Assembly (NCBI GenBank): GCA_038245295.1
Contig: JBBRSP010000007.1
Coordinates: 64,001 to 128,000, forward strand
Direction: 5' to 3'
DNA: 64,000 nucleotides
DNA from: Candidatus Binatia bacterium
GTDB taxonomy: Bacteria > Desulfobacterota > Binatia > HRBIN30
In this document: in pieces, positions 59,790-64,000 of the stretch
How positions within the stretch are numbered: position 1 is the first letter of the stretch
Layout: the number at the start of each line of letters is the position of its first letter
The notes under the pieces: model-generated
The model's database searches: none
What the model saw: the letters and a program-made list of their open reading frames with translations, nothing else
Told to the model about the DNA's origin: nothing
Position numbers and translations under genes: made by a program

Positions 59790-61493
59790 ATGAAGCGAAT
59801 CGAAGTCCCTGTGTTGATCGTCGGCTCCGGCCCCGTTGGATTGACAGCCAGCATCCTGCTGTCGTGCCTGGGAATCGCCTATCGCACACTCGAGCGCCGC
59901 GCCGTACCTCAACCGGCCCCGGCGGCACACGTCGTTAACGCGCGTACATTTGAGATCCTGCGGCAAGCGGGCGTTGACATGGCTCCGTTCAACGCGGCGT
60001 CGAAGAGTCCGGCCGACGCCGGCTTTGTCTACTGGGTAACCAAGCTGGGAGGCGAAATACTCGGCCGCCTGCCTTTCGAGCGTCAGGGCGAGGACGTCTT
60101 GGCGTTCACACCGACACCCTTGCGCAATCTCTCGCAGCACCGCTTCGAGCCGCTGTTGCTCGACGCCTTGCGTGCCTTCGGCGCGACGATGCCGGATTAT
60201 GGACATCGCTGGGAGTCGGCGGAACAAGACGCTGACGGTGTGACCTCGCGTGTGAGCGTGGCGCAGAGCGGCGAGTCCTACGAGATACGCAGCCGTTACC
60301 TGCTCGCCGCCGATGGCGCCGGCAGCCCGGTACGCAAATGGAGCGGGATCGCGCAGCTTGGCCCGGAGCGCTTGCAGTCGTTCGTGATGATCCACTTCAC
60401 GGCCAATTTGCGTCACCTGGTGCGTCACAACCCGGGCGTCCTCTATTGGATCTCCGATCCCGAGTGCCAGGGCACGTTCGTAGCGCACGATATCGATCGC
60501 GAGTGGGTGTTCATGCACGCGTGGAATCCCGAAAGCGAGTCCGCCGAGAGCTACGATAAAGTGCGCTGTGAAGCGCTGGTGCGGCGAGCCGTGGCCAGCG
60601 CCGCGCTCGATCTCGATATCCGAACCGTCTCCACCTGGCACATGACCTGTCAGGTCGCGGAGCGCTACCGCGCCGGCCGCGTGTTTCTCGTCGGCGACGC
60701 GGCACACCGCTTCCCACCGACGGGTGGGCTCGGGCTCAATACGGGAGTCCAGGACGTGCACAACCTGGTGTGGAAACTCGCCGCGGTCGAGAATGGATTG
60801 GCCGCGCCAGCGCTTCTCGACACCTATGAGAGCGAACGCCAACCGGTGGCGAGGTACAACGCCGACCAAAGTCTGCAGAACGCGATGCGGCTCATGGAAG
60901 TGCCGGCTGCGATGGGTTTCAACCAGGACATCGACGTGGCGCGGCAACAATTCCAGCAGGCGATCACCGACCCGGAGCGCCGCGACGCAATCTCCGCCGC
61001 CATCGCCAATCAAGCTGAGCACTTCGACATGCTCGGTCTGCAGCTCGGGTACACCTACGAGACGGGCGCCCTGCTCGGCGATGATTCAGAGAAGCCGACA
61101 GCGGCCAATCCGGTACGCGACTTCATCCCGAGTAGCCGCCCTGGCTCGCGTTTGCCGCACGGCTGGCTGCAGCGCGGCGACCAGCAGATTTCGAGTCTCG
61201 ACTTGATTGCCGTGGATCGACCAACGCTGCTGGTCGGGCGCGAAGGCCAGGTGTGGGTCGATGCAGCGCGGAGCCTCGGTGCGGCGATTCGTTGTGTGCA
61301 GCTGGGTGAGCAGGTCATGGACGAGAAAGACTGGTGGGGTACGGTGGCCGAAATGCATGCTGACGGCGCGCTGCTCGTGCGACCCGATCAGCACGTGGCG
61401 TTTCGCGCGGCGAGCGCGCCGGCGAACCTATCAACCCTCCTCGGCGAGGCCTTGGCGATCGTGCAGGGGCGCGTCAAAGATCCGCATAACTGA
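59790..61493 (+). CDS. FAD-dependent monooxygenase (TfdB/PheA-like aromatic hydroxylase family)
   Basis: VLIVGSGPVG, AADGAGS, GDAAHRFPPTGGLGLNTG, PGSRLPH, LVRPDQHV. Confidence 0.92.
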   Translation: MKRIEVPVLIVGSGPVGLTASILLSCLGIAYRTLERRAVPQPAPAAHVVNARTFEILRQAGVDMAPFNAASKSPADAGFVYWVTKLGGEILGRLPFERQGEDVLAFTPTPLRNLSQHRFEPLLLDALRAFGATMPDYGHRWESAEQDADGVTSRVSVAQSGESYEIRSRYLLAADGAGSPVRKWSGIAQLGPERLQSFVMIHFTANLRHLVRHNPGVLYWISDPECQGTFVAHDIDREWVFMHAWNPESESAESYDKVRCEALVRRAVASAALDLDIRTVSTWHMTCQVAERYRAGRVFLVGDAAHRFPPTGGLGLNTGVQDVHNLVWKLAAVENGLAAPALLDTYESERQPVARYNADQSLQNAMRLMEVPAAMGFNQDIDVARQQFQQAITDPERRDAISAAIANQAEHFDMLGLQLGYTYETGALLGDDSEKPTAANPVRDFIPSSRPGSRLPHGWLQRGDQQISSLDLIAVDRPTLLVGREGQVWVDAARSLGAAIRCVQLGEQVMDEKDWWGTVAEMHADGALLVRPDQHVAFRAASAPANLSTLLGEALAIVQGRVKDPHN

Positions 61494-62346
61494 TGACGTC
61501 GATGCCATGCTCGGCGAGTGCAGCTCGCACGCGCGGGCTCGTCAGCCCGGCCAGTTCCGCTTCGCATTCATAGTCGGCGGGGCGCCAGCGGCGCGCTTCC
61601 TCGTCGACGATCGACGCGTGTGTGTAAATTTCCGTAACGCCAGGCGGCAACGCGGTGATGGCGCCGAGCAAGAAGTGTTCGGTCATAAAACCGCTCTGGT
61701 GTAATCCGAATAACTGATCCGTGTGGCGAATATTCGCGGCGGCAAGCCGCGGCGTGGCGTAGCTATCGAGAGCGCGGAAGGTGATGCCCTCGAGGCGCTT
61801 GCGCAGCGCGAAGCGTGGATCGAGGCGTAGCGCGATGTCGAGCGGCTCGCGTGGCAAACGCATGGCTCGGATCCCGAAACGGTCCTTGGCTTTCAGCAAT
61901 ATGCCAAGCACGGTTGGATGCATGTGGATATTCAGATGACCATCGACGTGCGAGAGCGGCAGACCGGTGGCAACGAACTTCGCGAGTTGCGCGTGGATCT
62001 CGCTCTCCAGCTGGGCTCGGATGCCAGGCGTAAAGAAGTAGCGGCAACCCGTCGCCACCGAATCATTGCGGAACATCCCAGCGCTATCGACCAGACCAGG
62101 AATCTGTTGCGGCGACAGCGTCGCCTTCCCCTGCAGCAGAACCAGATGCAGCCCAACCGCCAGCGTCGGATTGGCATGCGCAAGCGCGACCGCTTCGTCG
62201 AAAGCACTCGCATTCACCATCAAGCTGGCATTACGCAGCACGCCTTCACGATGAGCACGCAGGATCCCGGCGTTGACGCCCGGCGATAGTCCAAAATCGT
62301 CCGCTGAGAAGATAACCCGGCGGCGCGTTTCGTTCGGAGTACTCAT
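61474..62346 (-). CDS. hpnK: Hopanoid biosynthesis-associated protein HpnK (ChbG/YdjC deacetylase family)
   Basis: ADDFGLS, ASLMV, GLHLVL, QLAKFVATGLPLSHVDGHLNIHMHP, GVTEIYTH. Confidence 0.8.
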   Translation of the reverse strand: MSTPNETRRRVIFSADDFGLSPGVNAGILRAHREGVLRNASLMVNASAFDEAVALAHANPTLAVGLHLVLLQGKATLSPQQIPGLVDSAGMFRNDSVATGCRYFFTPGIRAQLESEIHAQLAKFVATGLPLSHVDGHLNIHMHPTVLGILLKAKDRFGIRAMRLPREPLDIALRLDPRFALRKRLEGITFRALDSYATPRLAAANIRHTDQLFGLHQSGFMTEHFLLGAITALPPGVTEIYTHASIVDEEARRWRPADYECEAELAGLTSPRVRAALAEHGIDVISYADL

Positions 62347-62481
62347 GCAGCGGTCGGCGACGATAGGATAGATCGCCGCGATTCACCATTGTCGCGTCAC
62401 CATTTCGCCAATTGCGAACGATTCATCCGCGGATGCACACAGCCCGGCTTCCAGCCGGAACCAACTCAGGCCAACCAGCCC

Positions 62482-62665
62482 CACCTCCGTCATACCGGCG
62501 AAAGCCGGAATCTCCCAAGCCTTCCGCAGTTTCAAATCGAGGAGAGCCCGGCTTTCTAGACTGTCGATTTTCTCTGAACACCTCCGTCATACCGGCGAAA
62601 GCCGGTATCTCCCCGGCATTTTTGGCCTTCCACTCGAGGAGATCCCGTCTTCCGCCGGGATGACG
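62482..62665. repeat. Two tandem REP-like units (GTCATACCGGCGAAAGCCGG family)
   Basis: CACCTCCGTCATACCGGCGAAAGCCGG(A/T)ATCTCCC at 62482 and 62579, each followed by an inverted GGAGA.CCCG arm. Confidence 0.8.
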
Positions 62666-62766
62666 TTGCTTCATTTCAGCGTTCATCCGCGTCCATGCGA
62701 GACAACGATGCCCACTGCCTCTCCCCCGCGTTGCGCATCCGCGGCTGTGTTAGTACGCTGGCTCTA

Positions 62767-63171
62767 ATGAAGCTCGACCTCACGTCTTGGAAACGGGCCT
62801 TGGCCAGCCTGGAACGCGGCATTATCCGCTCCACCACCGCCCCGAAGGACGAGGAGCTGCGCGATGCCGTCATTCAACGCTTCGAATACTCCTACGAGCT
62901 CTCGTGGAAGATGCTCAAGCGGCACCTGGAACAGGTGGTACCGGATCCCGGTGCGGTTGATCAGTGGTCCTTCAAAGAGCTGATGCGCGAAGCCGCCGAG
63001 CGCGGTCTGATCGCTGCCGTCGAGCCCTGGATTGAGTACCGCCATCAGCGCAATCTGACGGCACACGCCTACGACGAAGAGAAGGCGCAACGTGTCTACC
63101 AGAGCGCCAAAGCCTTCCTCGTCGATGCCACCGCGTTGCTGACCGAGTTGGAGCGGCGCAATGTCGCTTGA
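62767..63171 (+). CDS. HEPN-domain protein (HI0074/HepT-like, nucleotidyltransferase substrate-binding family)
   Basis: RDAVIQRFEYSYELSWKMLK; RNLTAHAY matches RX4HXY. Confidence 0.9.
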   Translation: MKLDLTSWKRALASLERGIIRSTTAPKDEELRDAVIQRFEYSYELSWKMLKRHLEQVVPDPGAVDQWSFKELMREAAERGLIAAVEPWIEYRHQRNLTAHAYDEEKAQRVYQSAKAFLVDATALLTELERRNVA

Positions 63172-63478
63172 CCTCGAAGCGCGCCTCCTGCGGGAGGTGC
63201 GGCGGATTCTGCAGGAACATGTTCCCGAATGCGAGGTGTGGGCCTTTGGATCCCGCGTCGGCGTCGCCGCAAAGCACTTCAGCGATCTCGATTTAGCCGT
63301 GGTCTCGACTACTGCGCTACCAACTCGGCGGCTGGCGCTGCTCGCCAACGCTTTCGAAGAGTCGGATCTGCCGATCAAAGTCGACATCGTTGACTGGCAA
63401 TCTACATCCCCGGCGTTTCAGCAGCGGATCGCAGAACATCACGAAATCATCTTTCGTCCCGTTGACGCTGTACCGTAA
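63161..63478 (+). CDS. Minimal nucleotidyltransferase (MNT/MntA-like)
   Basis: FGSRVGVAAKHFSDLD matches GSX10DXD; SDLPIKVDIVD. Confidence 0.9.
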   Translation: MSLDLEARLLREVRRILQEHVPECEVWAFGSRVGVAAKHFSDLDLAVVSTTALPTRRLALLANAFEESDLPIKVDIVDWQSTSPAFQQRIAEHHEIIFRPVDAVP

Positions 63479-64000
63479 GAGGCGAAGGCGTGCGATTCTG
63501 CTCGCGCCACCAGAGCAGAACCCCAATCGATGACCAGGTCAGCTCGCGCAGGTGACGCAGGATGCCCACCGCCAACCCTTTGGCCGGATCGAGCCCAAGG
63601 GCCGTGAAGATCAAGACCTTGCCGCCTTCCTGTGTGCCGACTTTGGCCGGCACAAAGAACATCGCGCCGTCGATCGTCGACGACAGCACCTCGATGGTCA
63701 GAGCTGTCTTGATCGTCGCATCGATACCGAGGAACCACAGCAGCAAATAGATCTCGACGACCCCCATCATCCAACCGGCGATGTAGCAGCTGATCGCAAG
63801 GGCCAAAGAGCCTGGAGAATCGACGTGAAAGCTGCGGATTTCGGCGTCGAGATTTTCGATGGTTTCGCGGAAAGCCGCACTGAACTTGAGGCCGACGATC
63901 TCGCCAAGGCGCGACAGCACACGGAACAGTCCGCGGCGCTGCGCCACCATGAACAGAGCGGCAAAGGTGGCAATAATGCTGAGAGCAATGAACAAGCCGC
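63447..64000 (-). CDS. Lysylphosphatidylglycerol-synthase/flippase-like membrane protein (HpnL-like), 5'-partial
   Basis: Multi-TM; FFVPAKVGTQEGG, GLAVGILRHLREL; close to hpnK. Confidence 0.75.
   Translation of the reverse strand, partial: GLFIALSIIATFAALFMVAQRRGLFRVLSRLGEIVGLKFSAAFRETIENLDAEIRSFHVDSPGSLALAISCYIAGWMMGVVEIYLLLWFLGIDATIKTALTIEVLSSTIDGAMFFVPAKVGTQEGGKVLIFTALGLDPAKGLAVGILRHLRELTWSSIGVLLWWREQNRTPSPLTVQRQRDER

Noticed and set aside
62482..62665. ~34-bp direct repeats as a CRISPR array
   Set aside because: Only two units, and the intervening sequence holds inverted arms of the repeat, typical of REP doublets.

Overview
GC-rich bacterial chromosomal window. Lineage is inferred to be Deltaproteobacteria-like, possibly Ca. 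Binatia/Binatota, from a Cys-flanked dockerin-like C-terminal module, a MYXO-CTERM-like tail and hopanoid-associated genes. In order it contains: (1) an operon interleaving a partner-switching module (PP2C/SpoIIE phosphatase, RsbW-like kinase, long STAS fusion) with an ABC importer; (2) assorted metabolic genes and a 199-bp MITE; (3) an RHH/PemK toxin-antitoxin pair next to an attC-like half site; (4) a 1385-aa secreted beta-propeller/cohesin-like/dockerin-like protein and a GNAT gene, bracketed by two copies of a ~70-bp structured repeat; (5) SulP, a penicillin-acylase-like lipoprotein, a P450 and a decaying BNR-repeat gene; (6) a TetR-mdtABC-OMF efflux operon; (7) a porin-urtABCDE-ureDABCEFG urea utilisation locus behind a sigma54-type promoter; (8) an AraC/VOC/SDR/FAD-monooxygenase cluster, probably catabolic; (9) a HEPN/MNT pair between hpnK and an hpnL-like gene. 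Intergenic spaces carry several short palindromic or tandem repeat families. I saw no rRNA, tRNA, CRISPR array, integrase or transposase. All calls come from reading motifs by eye; no database searches were run.
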